A stretch of DNA of 64,000 bases. Origin: Bugula neritina. Lineage: Eukaryota > Animalia > Bryozoa. Under the pieces are notes generated by a model that was not told where the DNA came from, ran no database searches, and worked only from the letters and a program-made list of their open reading frames with translations. The stretch covers positions 20,691,700-20,755,699 of the forward strand of contig OZ037768.1 in the NCBI GenBank assembly GCA_964035545.1, read 5' to 3'. Positions 23,765 through 36,999 of this stretch are shown here, piece by piece (within the stretch, counting starts at the first letter, position 1; each line of letters begins with the position of its first letter). Position numbers and translations under genes: made by a program.

Positions 23765-26700
23765 TAGTCTAGAAGTAACCTCCCAAAAAGTGCTCAAAAA
23801 ATTGGCTTATTACACTTTACTAGGTGGCCACTCAAAAAAAGTTGTTTCTAGATCAAAATTTTGTGCTGATTCTGAATCTACAAACTCTAGAATTCTATCT
23901 CTACCCAAACTCAAGATATTGCAAAAAACAAATCGGCATTTGTGAATTGTGCAAAATAGTATCCAATTTTATCAAGCTATCTTGAAGAAAAAATATTTGT
24001 TGAAATACCAAAAATAATTGCCTCTTACTTAGAATTCTATGCTGATACTGAATTTAAAGACTGCAAGAGACTATCTCAAATTATAACCAAGTTGTTTATA
24101 TAAACATATATAGTCTAGAAGTAACCTCCCAAAAAGTGCTCAAAAAATTGGCTTATTACACTTTACTAAATGGCCACTCAAAAGAAGTTGTTTTTAGATC
24201 AGAATTTTGTGCTGATTCTGAATCTACAAACTTTAGAACTCTATCTCTACCCAAACTCAAATTATTGCAAAAAACAAATCAACATTTTAGATGAGTGATA
24301 AAAAGAAATGTGGATTGTGCAAAATAGTATCCAATTTTATCAAGCTATCTTGAAGAAAAAATATTTGCTGAAATATCAAAAATAATTGCCTCTTACTTAG
24401 AATTCTATGCTGATATTGAATTTAAAGACTGCAAGACGCTATCCCAAATTAAAACCAAGTTGTTTATAAAAACATGTATGTTTGTTATGAATCGACGTAT
24501 TATATTGCATGAGGCATAAGCATGCAGAATAATCATGTATGACCAAGCTATTTATGCAAAAATAAAAACAAAGTCATGCTGATGTGTGAAAAAACTATAT
24601 TTATAAAATTATAGTACAAAATAAATGTTGAAATGAATAAACATTGAAATCTTTTGAGCTCAGCCCAAGTGAACCATTTGCTATATAGTCTGTGGGTAGC
24701 CGTTAAACGTCTGCAAAAATCAACAAGATTTTGTAAAATTATTTAGAGGAACAGAAGCATGAGAGATTATCAAAATCAAATTGGTTGCAGCAAAATATAT
24801 AACAAATGTCTAAAAATAGTGCTTTATTATGAAAAAGTATTCTCGTCACCATTGTCACTGCCGTCAGTCTCATTAGCTTCTTCCCCAATATAGAGCTTCT
24901 TCTCAGACAATCCTTACATTGACAAACATCAGTGCATGCACTGCATTTGAGATTTCTGACATCCACATCTTGATATGTTGCAGCTGGTCTTACAGGAGCA
25001 GTTTAAACTTTGCAATATACATGTTCAGGTACAGAAGCTTGAATCATCCACTTTATATTTATGTTGCCATGATCCTCAACAATCTTTTCATAGTGTTCTG
25101 GGGGTAGTGCATCAATACAGGCTGTTGTAACTCTTCTCCAAATGGCTGCCTGATAATTTGCTCTTTTTACATGCAAATTTAATTCATCTTTTGTTGGAGG
25201 CAAACTGTATTGAGTTATTTTAGACGGTGAACGAAATACAGTGTATCAGACATTATCTATATATGGATTTCCTGCTCCATAAAGCTTATAGACAAATTGT
25301 TCTACTTCAGCCGCTGTAATGGGTTACAGCTTAAAATACTTCCCAAGGTGTTCAAAGTTTCCCATACATTATGGATATTTTCTCAAAAGAGAGTAGGCTG
25401 TGCGCTATCCTTTTCCATAAAAAGCACTATAGTCGAATAAAAACCTGTTAAAGCATGAAATCTACCAAGTGCTGCACACAACTGCGGTTTGGATTTATTT
25501 GCTGCAATGTTGACATCCAAATATCTAATATGATTATGGTTTCTTCCCAGATAGACGCTATTTTTATTTTGTTACCATATATATTAATATTACCTATATA
25601 ACTGATGAATTGATTGCTAATATGCTAATAGCTATATGTAGCTAATACATATACTAATACTAATACTAATACTAATACTAATATAGTAATACATTAATAA
25701 TAGACGCTATCTTTAATGGATACTTATTAGCAAAATATATTTTCAAACAACAGACAAGATATATAAAATAATATACAAAATTAATAAGTTAATGCAAATC
25801 AAAAGAATTTATTTATGTGCTAAATAACAAGCAATTGATCCAAGTTTATTTAAATATACATATATTTCAATAATATTAAAATAAGTTGCACATGAAAATA
25901 CATTTTACCAAAATAAATAACTAGCGTCTAAGTAGGAAATTTAGTCTAGCCTCTATCTGGCATGACACCATGATTACCACACAAGTGAAAAAAAATAATT
26001 GGTAAGAAGGTAATGTTTTGCAAATAGCGAGACTTAGGATGAAAGATTGAGATTTGATTATTACACGCGAGATTATGATGTTCATAAGATATTTTGCATG
26101 TAACAAAGTTTGTGTATCTGCTTCCTCGTGTTTGGTAAAATTGTAGCAAACGCAATTTTTTTGGTATGCATCAACTATAATAACAATATTGTTCTCTAAA
26201 ATATTTTTACTCCACGTTTCACACAAAAATGCACCAGTCTCAAACTCAGCTTATTTTATTTGCTGATAAGAAATTATTATTTTTGTAACAAATGGCACAC
26301 ATGAAAAAAGTACATGCCTATGATCTTTGAATGAGGCAGCCCAAGATCATTTTTCTAATGGGTGGTCTAAATATAACCATATATATATTAAACATTATAG
26401 GAAAGCTTTAGGGTATTTCTTCTGTAATTATAACTGAGATAAATTGGCTCTATAGTCATTATATCAAGATAGTATAAAAATATGCATTTTAACCAATAGC
26501 ATTGTTTTAAAAACCAAATTGCTTATGTATAGATAGTTCAGCCTAAATTTATTAGCAAAGCTCAATTGTACACATTCAAAATATTATCTTCCGGAGTCCA
26601 GATCAACCAGCTCATGCTTCTCATTACTTTTTTGTAAAAGTAGTTATTATATAATAAAATGGTGAAGAAAATCATTAGCAGACACAGCTTTACTTATAAT

Positions 26701-27312
26701 TCGCCTTTTTTATAGCTGATCAATAATAATGTTTGCCTTATAACTAATAAACCCATTCCTTTGCTAGTTTTCGTCCAAATAATCCACTTTTTTCAGATTT
26801 TTTCACAAGAAAATCACTAGAAATAAACTCAGAGAAGTGAAAAACACATCTATGATTATCTGCAAAAGTTTTTGCTTGTATATATAATAAACTAGCTTCA
26901 ATAATTTCAAGATTATATTCAATGGATTTGGACAAAGTTGTGGGAAGACAACTCCTGTAACATTTAAAAGAGCTTTTGTGACTAACTGGGTGGACAGAAA
27001 AATTTGGAGTTTTTATAAAAGAAAAGTGAAAAAAGTATCTATAATTATTAGCAAATTTATTTTGCTTATATAAAATAAATTAGCTTGAATAATTCCAAAA
27101 TATTTAGCTGATTCACAAAAACGTTAAGAGAAAACAACTCCTGTTTAATTTTAAAAGTTTGAAGCGCTTTTGTGGCTAACTGGGTGCACAGAACAGTCTA
27201 GAGTTTTCACAGATTAATTAGGACCCTTCAAACTTTCTATTTTTAAAAAAATTGCGTGGCCACCTCTCGAAGTGTAATGAGTGAAAGATAATTGGAGGTT
27301 ACTTCTAGACTA
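23765..27312 (-). mobile_element. Internally deleted Academ (AcademX-like) DNA transposon with decayed XPG-like nuclease and Cys-rich finger; left end tandemly duplicated
   Basis: TIR TAGTCTAGAAGTAACCTCC (23765, again at 24111) and GGAGGTTACTTCTAGACTA (ending 27312), with 3-bp ATA on both sides. Minus-strand remnants HEEADTQTLLHA, LCAALGRFHALTG..SAFYGKG, LPPTKDELNLHVKRANYQAAIW and CSACTDVCQCKDC. Confidence 0.8.
25537..25970. mobile_element. 434-bp TIR element inserted in the Academ XPG-like coding region
   Basis: Imperfect 24-bp TIR TGGTTTCTTCCCAGATAGACGCTA / TAGCCTCTATCTGGCATGACACCA, flanked by TGATTA on both sides (25531-25536 and 25971-25976). Internal TAGACGCTA copies and a (TAATAC)n core. 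Confidence 0.65.
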
Positions 27313-30300
27313 ATACCATTTCCAGTGTATAAATCCATAATCTATATAAAATATAAAAGTCATTCCTTTTTTACTCAGATATCATGTTTTCTTGCTAAGA
27401 TATTTTACTGGTACTAAAAGATCAACTTTTCAGGCGAAAATATAGCCGAAATTGTGCAGTTTTTTTCTATAACTTTACAAAAGAATGAAAAAGTCCAAAA
27501 AAGTTGCATTGGTAAAAATAAGATTCACAACATAGTTTTTAAATTTTGATCTATAGTGGCCTACAATTAAATGAGATTTTTTTACTGGTAGCCTACTGAA
27601 TTTTTACACAGTTACAATGCAAACCTCAGCAAGGCCGTTGCAGCTAAAGATTTGCCTTTAGCTATCCTGTGCAGACAAATATTTCAAAGACATTTAATCG
27701 GGACCGGCCATATAGAGACAAGACTTTTTTGAAAGTATAACTATAAGATCTCATTTTTATTGACTGTATTGTGAAAGATAAGTAATTGAAGAATCTCTGG
27801 CACACTTCACTTATGCATGCAGTACTAAAATATTCTTATATACGTTAGTTTTCATTTACCTACTGTTTTAAGGTTAGATGCCTAAACAATTTTGCTTTAT
27901 AATGAATTTTGTGCGAGTATGTACTGAAATGATTTGGGATTTATGATCGCCTTGACCTTTGACTGCTTGTTAGATGCTGCACAGCATTAGCACTGAGATA
28001 GCTTGAAGGTTTGAACTTTCAATTTTCAGTCAAATGAAATACACAAAAATAAATACTACACTTCACTCACTAGTCAGCACTTAGTCCAGCAACTAAGGGT
28101 TATATGTTCTGATATAACGAAACCAGATATTAAGAGAATTGTTCAAGGCAAACAATACTCACTGTGTACTCACAAGTGTCTCACTGATGCTTGTAAAATA
28201 TAACTATACTGGTATGAGTACAGACTCTTAGCACTGGCACATCTTGTTTAAATTTGCATGTGCAATCATGAATATATACTTTGTATGTATATATGTATTA
28301 TTTTTTATGCACAAACATAAATGCATATAATATAATTATTGATTATTAAAGTAATAAAAATGAAATGTTTCTTGTTTACCTATTTTAATTAAATGCATAT
28401 ATATATATATACACACATACACGTATAAATAATATATATCTATTTAAATATGTTATGATTTTAATAAACATGCAAAGCCTAGCCATCGCTTATAATTATA
28501 ATACATATAGCCTGCAGATGTTTTATGGATCTTGAAAATTGATTTTAAAAACAGAAAAAAAAATGTGGCCCTCGGCCCAAGCTGAAATTTGCAGACTGGC
28601 CCTCGGTCTGAAAAGGTTGGACACCCCTGCTCTAGATATTTGATACAGTAGATGTAAGAGAAAAACTTCCATATTGGCCTATGCTGTGCACCAACAGTCC
28701 AAAGATTAGCTCATTTATAGTTAATATCGGATGCTCTCAAGCTTTATAGTACCTGCACTCTACAGCCTGCTAGATATGTATTACTTGATATTTGCTATTA
28801 TTTTTTATCGCCTTATATCTTTTCATTATTTTCATTGGTTTATTATGCTATGCTAATTAAACTTTTTCTTTTAGCTTTATTATGTACTGTCATACCTTTA
28901 TTATCTACTTTGTCCTATGTCATTTAAATTCATTGTCTTATGGCTTATCCCACTTCTCACTACACTAATTACTTCTTTCTATAACTCAGATATCTATTTT
29001 CTACAGGACTTTATAGGTTCTATTATGCAGGGATTGAACAGGTACATTATGCCTGAAATAAATCATTGCACAAGCATGCATTGTGCATGTGTGTGTTTAA
29101 AAACAATTCTAGACTCACTTCAATGTAGTTTTTTAGGTGATTTGCAATTACAATTAAAATATAATATGTTGGCAGCTACTAAGAATAAAGCAAACTGCTA
29201 TTGTGACTAGGATCTACATTTAAGAGCAACAGCAGTTTTACAAGTATTAAGAGTTATCTCACTATTTTTTTCATCAACAGATATAATGTAGGCTCATAGA
29301 AAGAAGACAATTTAGGCTGCGGATATACCATTGGCACTAAAAAATAATAGCAATATAATATGAATAAATTTTAATTAGATGCTAATGAACTGTTATTATA
29401 TTCATGATTATATATCTAACAATTTTATTTAGACATTAATCAACACTTTTTCAAGTCTCAAGGTCCCCATCTTTATTCAAACTATAACTCTTACAGGGTT
29501 TTAGTTCAATGATTATAACCCTCTGAAAATGTTGACAGAAACACTATTAGAAAATTATTTCCAACATTCTGGTATATTGTGTATATGTTGACAACTTTAT
29601 TGTTTAAAAATTAAGAGCAAAAATTAAAAAGAATGAATGCTACTAAAAACATGTGTAACCCAATGAAGACATATTTGTCAAAGTTAATGTGACGAATAAG
29701 TATAGAAAAGTGTAAATAAGAGCTGGTGATAATTAGTAAGCTGCATTGACAATTTAACTAGCCCAACACTTGAAAGCTATAATTTTGATGTGTTACAGTT
29801 GATTCAAAACAGAAATACATTGCTTGATAGCTTTTTAATTAAATAAATAAAAAAATAATTCTAACTGTCTGCGAGCAGCTAAGCTAATAATACAAAATAA
29901 TATTGTAAAAAGTTGAGCAATTTTGATCTAAAGCTGGACATTAGCAGTAAGCGTGACACTTTGAATATCTAAGTTTTCCATTAAGCTTAATTTGAAATGT
30001 AGGTCTAGGTAATGTAGGCCTAGGTCCAACTGACAGTTATAAGATTATCAGTGCAAATGTTATTAAATTCATTCTACTAGGTATTTTTCTCAGAACTTCA
30101 CTTTCAAACTTTAAAGCCTTTTTTCCCCTTATGGTAAGGTGGTGATTACCTGCTAAAAAACAACATCAGTGACTAAAAACAAACAAAATATAGGCACATG
30201 CCTAAATGATTTGTACTAAAATAAAATAGTTTCAGAAAAATATTACTCGATAATTATATTGTTCTCAAGTGCTATTTATAGTAAAAATGGCAATTTATTG

Positions 30301-30348
30301 TTTGCATAGAACGTACCTCACCTTGAGTTAAGCCAGTTGATGTCGGAG

Positions 30349-33133
30349 TAGAGCTGAGGCCGTTTTAATAGATTCACCAGTACACAGCAAAGAAGTCCTT
30401 CAGCTCTGGTAATATCTAGTCACTCTTGTGTGACAATGCCACCTCACTACATCTCCCCTGTAGTCAGACAAAAAAAGAAGCAGTATGAAGTCATGATCAA
30501 TTCTAACAAAAACAAAGAAGCAAACAAACTGTTTATGGTAGCATTTACATATTGTTGTGGAATTATACCTCCGGGAACATGCATTCCGGAGTTGTCTTCT
30601 TTTACCTTTATTTTATTTTCACTTTTTTGCAAGAATGTTGAAGCTGGAAATTTGTTATCCGAAATTCGGGGTTTCCAAAGTTCGGCACCAACGATTTTCG
30701 GACAACAAAGGATCTGTTGTGTGTGTGTCTTTTGTTCTGCATGTATAAAAGCAGGCGAGCTCCAGTGGAGATTTAGTCTACCACTGGAGCTCGCTTGTGA
30801 AGGACCTATTTTTCTACGCTATAATAAAGACTGATTCTACCTACTACTTCATCACTCTTTTTGTTCTTGCACTAAGTTACATTCCACCCACAAGTTTATC
30901 ACATTGGTGGCAGCGGTGGGATTCCGAATAACTAAGTGCTAAGGAGAACAGGATGGCTCCAGGGGAGGAAGGGAGGACGACCCCTGGAGAATCAGACACC
31001 AACCCTCACTGTTGAGGCTTGGTTACAGCCCTCCGGAAATTGCAGGGGACGAGTTAGGCGCCACCTGGCGACAGGTACCGCTTCAAGCCCCCGATTTTCA
31101 GAAGTGAAGGGGATGCCGAGCAGTTCATCCGTGAGTTTGAAGATGTGGCTACCATTGCTGAATGGCCAGCTCGGGTGCGCATCCTTTAACCCCAGGGCTG
31201 TTTGACAGGCTGGGCCAAAAGTTTCGCTCTTGGACCCAATGAGGCTCACGCCCTACGAGCCCTCAGGACCTGGTTTGGCCTGACAGCCGAGGAAGCTTCG
31301 GATCGCCTACAGGCCATGAGGAGATATTGAAGGAGGCCTCTGGAGGACCACGCGAATGCGGTGGAACGTCTGGCTCAGACTGCTTTCAGTCATGCATCCA
31401 GCGCCGACAGGAAGCACCTGGTCTACAACGCGTTCTTCGAGAGTATAAACGACCCAGACTTACATCGCTATTGGCTAGCCGTCAAGGTCAGCAGTTTGGA
31501 AGAAGCCTTAGAGATAGGAAAAGCCTATATCCAGGGAGAGGCATTGAGGGGCGAGCTTCACCGCCCGCCAGGTGGTCAAAGACGATGAAAAAACCGCCAT
31601 GCTCCCAGCCCCGCAAGTGTCGGCAGCAACGACAAAGTCACCTGAGCAAACGCAGCTCACCGTGTTGATGGACATGGTGAAGGGCCTGCAGGCTACGATG
31701 ACTGAGTTGCAACAAAGCCAGGTAGATAGGCGAGCTCCCCGATCGCGGGACGACCCTGTCTACCCCTTTTAGCCTAACTGCTGGAGATGCGGGACGCCGG
31801 GGCATGTAAGGAGAAACTGCCCGAAAGGCCACCGGCCTTTAAACACCTGAGGCTCACGGTAATTTCCGCCGACCGTGGGCCCCAAGCCAATCCCATCCAG
31901 AATAGGGCTCAGAAGGAGCCGAGAGGACCTCCACAGAGCCTGCTGATACTGAGTGACAGGCACCACGGAGACCGAAATGTCTGCCGATCCTGCTGCCATG
32001 CCACTCGAGGCCCTGATGGAGTCAGAAGACGCAGGATGGCAGGCACCTCGAAGGCCGCAAGGTCTACCTGATTCTCCGGGCTGGCTACTCCGTAACGTAT
32101 TTTTCGCAGGTGGCGAATATTACACAAAAAACTATTAGCAAAACACATTGAGCAGTGTGCATCTAACATAGAAACAGTTATAAGCAAAAATAGCAATAGA
32201 GGCCTGGCAATATTAGGCCATTTCACCAGTCACCACAACCGGTGACGAGCAAAATTTGGCAGTATGTGAGTGGAGTGAGTGAGACTCCAGCAAATCCAAA
32301 TCATTGCTTACTGAAAATACTGTTAAAATAGATCATTAAAAAACCAGGCTAAAGGTGTTTTTACACCTTTATGATTTTGAGTCATCAATTAAATTTGGAA
32401 AAAAATATTGTATAGACCAACATGATTTAATCCAAATAGCTACCAGGATATCAAGTATGGATTAATTACTTAGAAACAGGCTCATGTAGTATTTCAAAAA
32501 AGTATCAAAGTGCCGACTAGCTGATTATTGCTAATGCGCAATAAAAAGATGCCCTAACTGCAAGCACATCATAGCAACAAATGCTACCAAGTGCTTCAAC
32601 TGTGATGAGTAAATTCCCACATATTAATAAAGTAAATATCATTGTACTTCATATTTGTTGAAGCATAGTTTTAAGTTGCCCTGCATGCATGTAGTAAGGA
32701 AGCAAGTTTCTGTAGCAATGGATCCCTCTGTTTCAGTAATATTTGTGAAGTATATGCTATCAATTTGAATTAATTTTCTTGCTTGGTATCACATTGCACA
32801 GCATTATTTATAATTAGCTTTTCTTCCAAGTGTTCCCCTTTGCCATTCAAAGAGGGGATTTCTCAAGTTGCTTTGCAAACATGTCCATAAAATAAACTAA
32901 TTGAGCAAAAAAGTGAATAATTTTCTATAACACCTGCTCAGTTGTGCTTGCAATTATATGTGTACACTCTAAGGTATTTTAAAGCACTTGACATTATAGA
33001 GCCAACAAATCACAATGACTAAGCTATTTGAACAGGGAGTACACTATGAAAAAGGAAACGGATACACAAGGCAAAGAATGTGTAACATGGTAAGCGATTT
33101 TGATCATGTTGCTGTAGCTTGTTTCATTACTTT
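30349..33133 (+). mobile_element. Decayed piggyBac-like transposase 3' region, copy 1 (30349-30552 plus about 32146-33133), split by an LTR retrotransposon
   Basis: Remnant KEVL.L.., K..VMI..NKNK..AFTY (the I.DYN..K region) and a Cys-rich tail KRCPNCKHIIATNATKCFNC..H..CPAC. Colinear with 40563-41744. Confidence 0.55.
30553..32110 (+). mobile_element. 3'-truncated Ty3/Gypsy-type LTR retrotransposon: 5' LTR 30553-30903, tRNA-Leu PBS 30905-30923, disrupted gag about 30953-31850
   Basis: TGT...ACA LTR with TATAAAA (about 30744) and AATAAA (about 30823). PBS TGGTGGCAGCGGTGGGATT. Gag motif FKPPIF..EGDAEQFIREFEDVA..AEW and zinc knuckle CWRCGTPGHVRRNC (about 31778). The left boundary is defined by comparison with the uninterrupted duplicate at about 40763. 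Confidence 0.88.
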
Positions 33134-33403
33134 ACTATTTTAATTATACCATGTTATTATACTAAGGGGTTATATTGTTATATTGAGTTTTGTTACCATT
33201 TGATCCATATAGTGAGTCAAACAAAACGGATCTCGGAGATGACCCTGCCCATGACTTCTTGTTAGATAAAGACGTGGGCTCGGTTACACTCTGTGACTTA
33301 TCTCGGCCCCCAGTTTATAACATGGCTCTTTATAAGCGCATGCCGAATTTCAGCGATAGCGAGACCGGCTTGTCAGCCTCTCCTATCTGTTTTAGGATGT
33401 AAC

Positions 33404-33960
33404 ATGGATGTCGAGGAGGTTGGACCGAGTCGTATCGACTCTCCTCCTCCACCGGCCCCTGTTCCGGCTCCTAGAAGCCAGCAGCGCACCGCTTCTCCAT
33501 CAGAGGTGCCTTCCACCAGCACCAGTGGCCCTGATTCCAACCTGGTTGAGCTTCATCTCTCCGTCGGGGAAGAGCAGGGCATACTGCTCGGTGAGGACCC
33601 CACGGATAAAGGTGAAGACAACTCCCATTTACTCCGCCAGTATTGGGTCTCTAGAGATACCAACCTCAAGATCGGCCAGACGTGCGGTGAGCCGAGCAAC
33701 TGTATCTGCTAACAGTGTCGGAGGAAGTTCTCCACACGGCGGCTGCGGGTTCACGCCCCTCAGCACTATATAAATGTGTTCTGCCCGTGTGGCGAATTTT
33801 CATATCAGCGCGACTAAGTGGCGAGACATAAGCGCATCTCGCGCTGCCACATGGGCTACACATTCGCGGTAGACCAGGCGAGCTTTCCAGAATTTCGGGA
33901 CCTGGTGCCGCCACACTAGCGGATCCTTGCAAACGGGCTGCTCTGGCTTCAAATTTGGAG
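33404..33960 (+). pseudogene. GC-rich disrupted ORF with Pro/Ser-rich N-terminus and two zinc-finger-like motifs; probably a mobile-element accessory ORF
   Basis: One frame with in-frame stops: MDVEEVGPS...NCIC*QCRRKFSTRRLRVHAPQHYINVFCPCGEFSYQRD*VARHKRISRCH. Base composition is sharply different from the flanks. Confidence 0.5.
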
Positions 33961-34379
33961 CTTCTGTTGGGCTTAGAGAAATCTTGCTGTGTAGGACATA
34001 TTACCCTTTTTTCTTTAGTAAGACCTATGATCAATTGCTTACGTTTTGATTGATTAATACATATATGTATATTTACCCTCTAAGCTTTTAGATTATTGCT
34101 ACATTGTCTGCAAATCATATATCTTGTGAACCAATTAATGCTAATATACTAAAATATTCAACGTAACAATTATAATTAGTTTAGAGTTACCTTACCTTAT
34201 ATTGGCTATTATTAAAACTGGTATGATACACATAATATAGTGCTATTTAACAATATTTCTACACACAGCTATATGAAATTGTCTTATCTTTAACTACTTT
34301 ACTCTATCATAATTTAGTATTTAGCTTTATTGTGCATTGTGTTTGTGTTATTAAGTACATTTGCAGCATATAAAAAAAA

Positions 34380-35670
34380 TGAGTAAACCTGGCAGAGGAG
34401 TATCAAACCTGCTTTGCCGTATCACCGGACTCCTAGAAAAGCCCCAGAAACAAAAGCAACCCCTACCAGCTTTCAAAGCTTAGCCAGGGACACTGCAGCA
34501 CACCGCCATGCCTATAGGGAGCCACAACATGACACTAATGTACCATCCCCACCGCAACTACCACCCGCACAACTACCTGACTTGGAACATGACCGACAAT
34601 ATGAGGATGATGAAGGATTCCTGACCGTAGATGAATAGAACTGTGAAACATCCCCATCTCCCAGGAGAAAGCAACACCGATCAGAAGCCAACTCCCCTGA
34701 TCTATTCCGGGACAATTCCCCTGAACCAGATGTCAGGCCCAAAACTATAAAGAGGAATTTCCAATACCCAGAAGCAATGAATCATCCATCAAGGTCATCT
34801 CACTTCCTTGACAAGGAAGAGCCAGAATATCATCAATCCAAAAGGAAAAGACCATCTATCTTGAAACATAGAAGTGGAGGAGACGAATATAGCCATATGC
34901 TGGCCCAGCCTTCAAAGAGGAGAGATTATTATAAAACACAACTACATGAATGTCCTCCAGACAACTCTGAGGATGAATGGCTACCCCTTAATCCTAGTAA
35001 AAACAGAAGCTCACAACCTGATGAGAGAAGACAACCTTTACCTGACATGGAGTTATTTCCCCAATCCCAACATTATCTCCCTTCACAAGAAGATGACCGG
35101 TATTTGACAAGAAAGGAAAACCTCCACCGCTCAAGATTCTTGTTAGAAGACGACAGCTACCAATACAGGAAGAATATGGATTGTAAACACAAACCTATTA
35201 CCCCAATTACCCAAGCACCAGTCAGACAAGTCATTGCGGTGACTAATAAACTACCAGATATAGAAAAATGGGCAAACAGTCCTTTTGATGAGCTAACTTG
35301 GAATGAGTTCAAAGAAAGCTTCATCATGCACTCCAGAGCCCTCTCTATCCCAGAAGAATCCTGGCCCAAAATCCTAGCACTATATCTTAAAGATGGTGCT
35401 AAGATAACTTACACTAAAATAATTAACAAATATCCTAGCCTCAATGAAGACTTCTACGGACTATTACAGGAGATGGATCAAAAATTCATCAACTCCGGAG
35501 GAGTTGTGCCAAGCTTTGACTTGAATAGCAGGAAGAAGCTGGATACGGAGTCAGTTGGAAAGTTCTACTCCACTATATGTGCAATGGCGAAGCGAGCTTA
35601 TCCTAACATTGATGAACATGCCAGGGACCAAATTATATTGGCCCAATTTATAAAAGGGCTCCCTTTTACA
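34380..35670 (+). mobile_element. Second LTR-retrotransposon gag (capsid) fragment, truncated at about 35670
   Basis: ORF 34777-35736: TWNEFKESF..., LALYLKDGAKITY, RKKLDTESVGKFYSTICAMAKRAYP, ILAQFIKGLP match the gag capsid pattern. The tail after about 35667 is an unrelated segment duplicated at 41867. Confidence 0.75.
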
Positions 35671-36999
35671 GTGAGAGAACTCCACTCCCTGGTGCATACC
35701 AACTCTGTTTGCTACCAAGAGATAAACAATTGTTGAAATTCAGAAGTTCTATTTGGAAAGAATATTACATGCTGTGAAAAAAAACAACTTGTAGCAATAA
35801 AATTATGATGTGATGGGCTTTAAGTAATAATTCTGATACACTTTTGTAGAACTATTAGTATAATACGGCACAACAACCCTCAACTTTTATGCATTGGATG
35901 AAGTCTGGAAGTTTACAGCTATTAAACAATTAATGCATTCTTAGTGGCGCTATTGCATCAGCTTTTTAGGAAACCAATTACAATCCTAAACAAATACATA
36001 GCAACTAGTTGAATTCAGGCTGTAAAAATCGTCTTGTATTGATATATTGTTGAAGTAAATTAGCACTTGGGCAATTTGATTTGCCAAAAGTGTTGGCCTG
36101 AGCAACATTTAGGGAAATAACTCCTGGACAGTTTTTATGGATGCTTGGAATGTGCAAAAAAGCACCAGAAAATCTGGACCAAGAAAAGAGGAGGGAAATC
36201 TTGTCCAGCTATCTTGGCAAAAACAAATGATGTATTGAAATCGTTGAAAGCTGCATTAGAAAAAAACACCGACAAAAGGTTTAATGGTAGGCAACTTTGT
36301 TGAAAATATAATGAAACCAGTGAAAGAGATGAAACAACTTCCAGTTTCATACAAGTCAAAGTGAAAAACCATAATAAAGAATTATATCCAAGAAGGAGAA
36401 AAGAGCAATCGCCCAATCTGCCAACGATGAAAGATGTGATGGTACTACTGCCAAGAACTTTATCTGACTGTATACATCAAAACCATCTCAATTTTAGTGA
36501 GATAGTTATCTGGAAACTTAGGAACAGAAAAAATTCACATACCTGCAGGGTCAAGGACTACTTTTGTTAAGTGTTAAATTAGCTTGAAAATGAAGCAAAC
36601 CTAAAAAATGCTAAAGGTTTAACTCTCAGAAACTAAGGCCAGTCAAGAACCACTGAGATTGGGAATGCTGCTCTTATTCAAACTGACATTCGCTACCTCT
36701 TACATTTAAACATGTGTATAGTTGAAAAAATATGAAAATACTGTTTTATTTTTGTTCCTGTTTACAAAGCTATATTAATTCTCAAGAAATGTATTCAGCT
36801 GTAGATGTTAAGAATCTCTGTGGGCTATAAATATGCTGATCATACCAAAAAATTATAAAGCTGATGAGATATTTTTTAGAAGGTGACGACTTGTATGATT
36901 TAACCCCTGATTATGTTCAACTCAGTACTAATTGCCTGCCTATAATATGGTGTATGAGAGTAATCTGAGCTTCGGATTCATACATAATTGCTGAAGTTG

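Larger units (their letters stand above)
23386..28629. mobile_element. Non-autonomous hAT (Charlie-like) element, about 1.7 kb of its own sequence, carrying nested insertions
   Basis: TIRs CAGGGCTGTCCAAC ... GTTGGACACCCCTG. Perfect 8-bp TSD CTCTAGAT (23378-23385 and 28630-28637), the NTCTAGAN target typical of Charlie-group hATs. Confidence 0.9.

Noticed and set aside
33191-33322. Possible 132-bp mini-LTR (TGTTA...TAACA followed by TGG)
   Set aside because: The sequence after TGG does not resemble a tRNA 3' complement and there is no second copy in the window.
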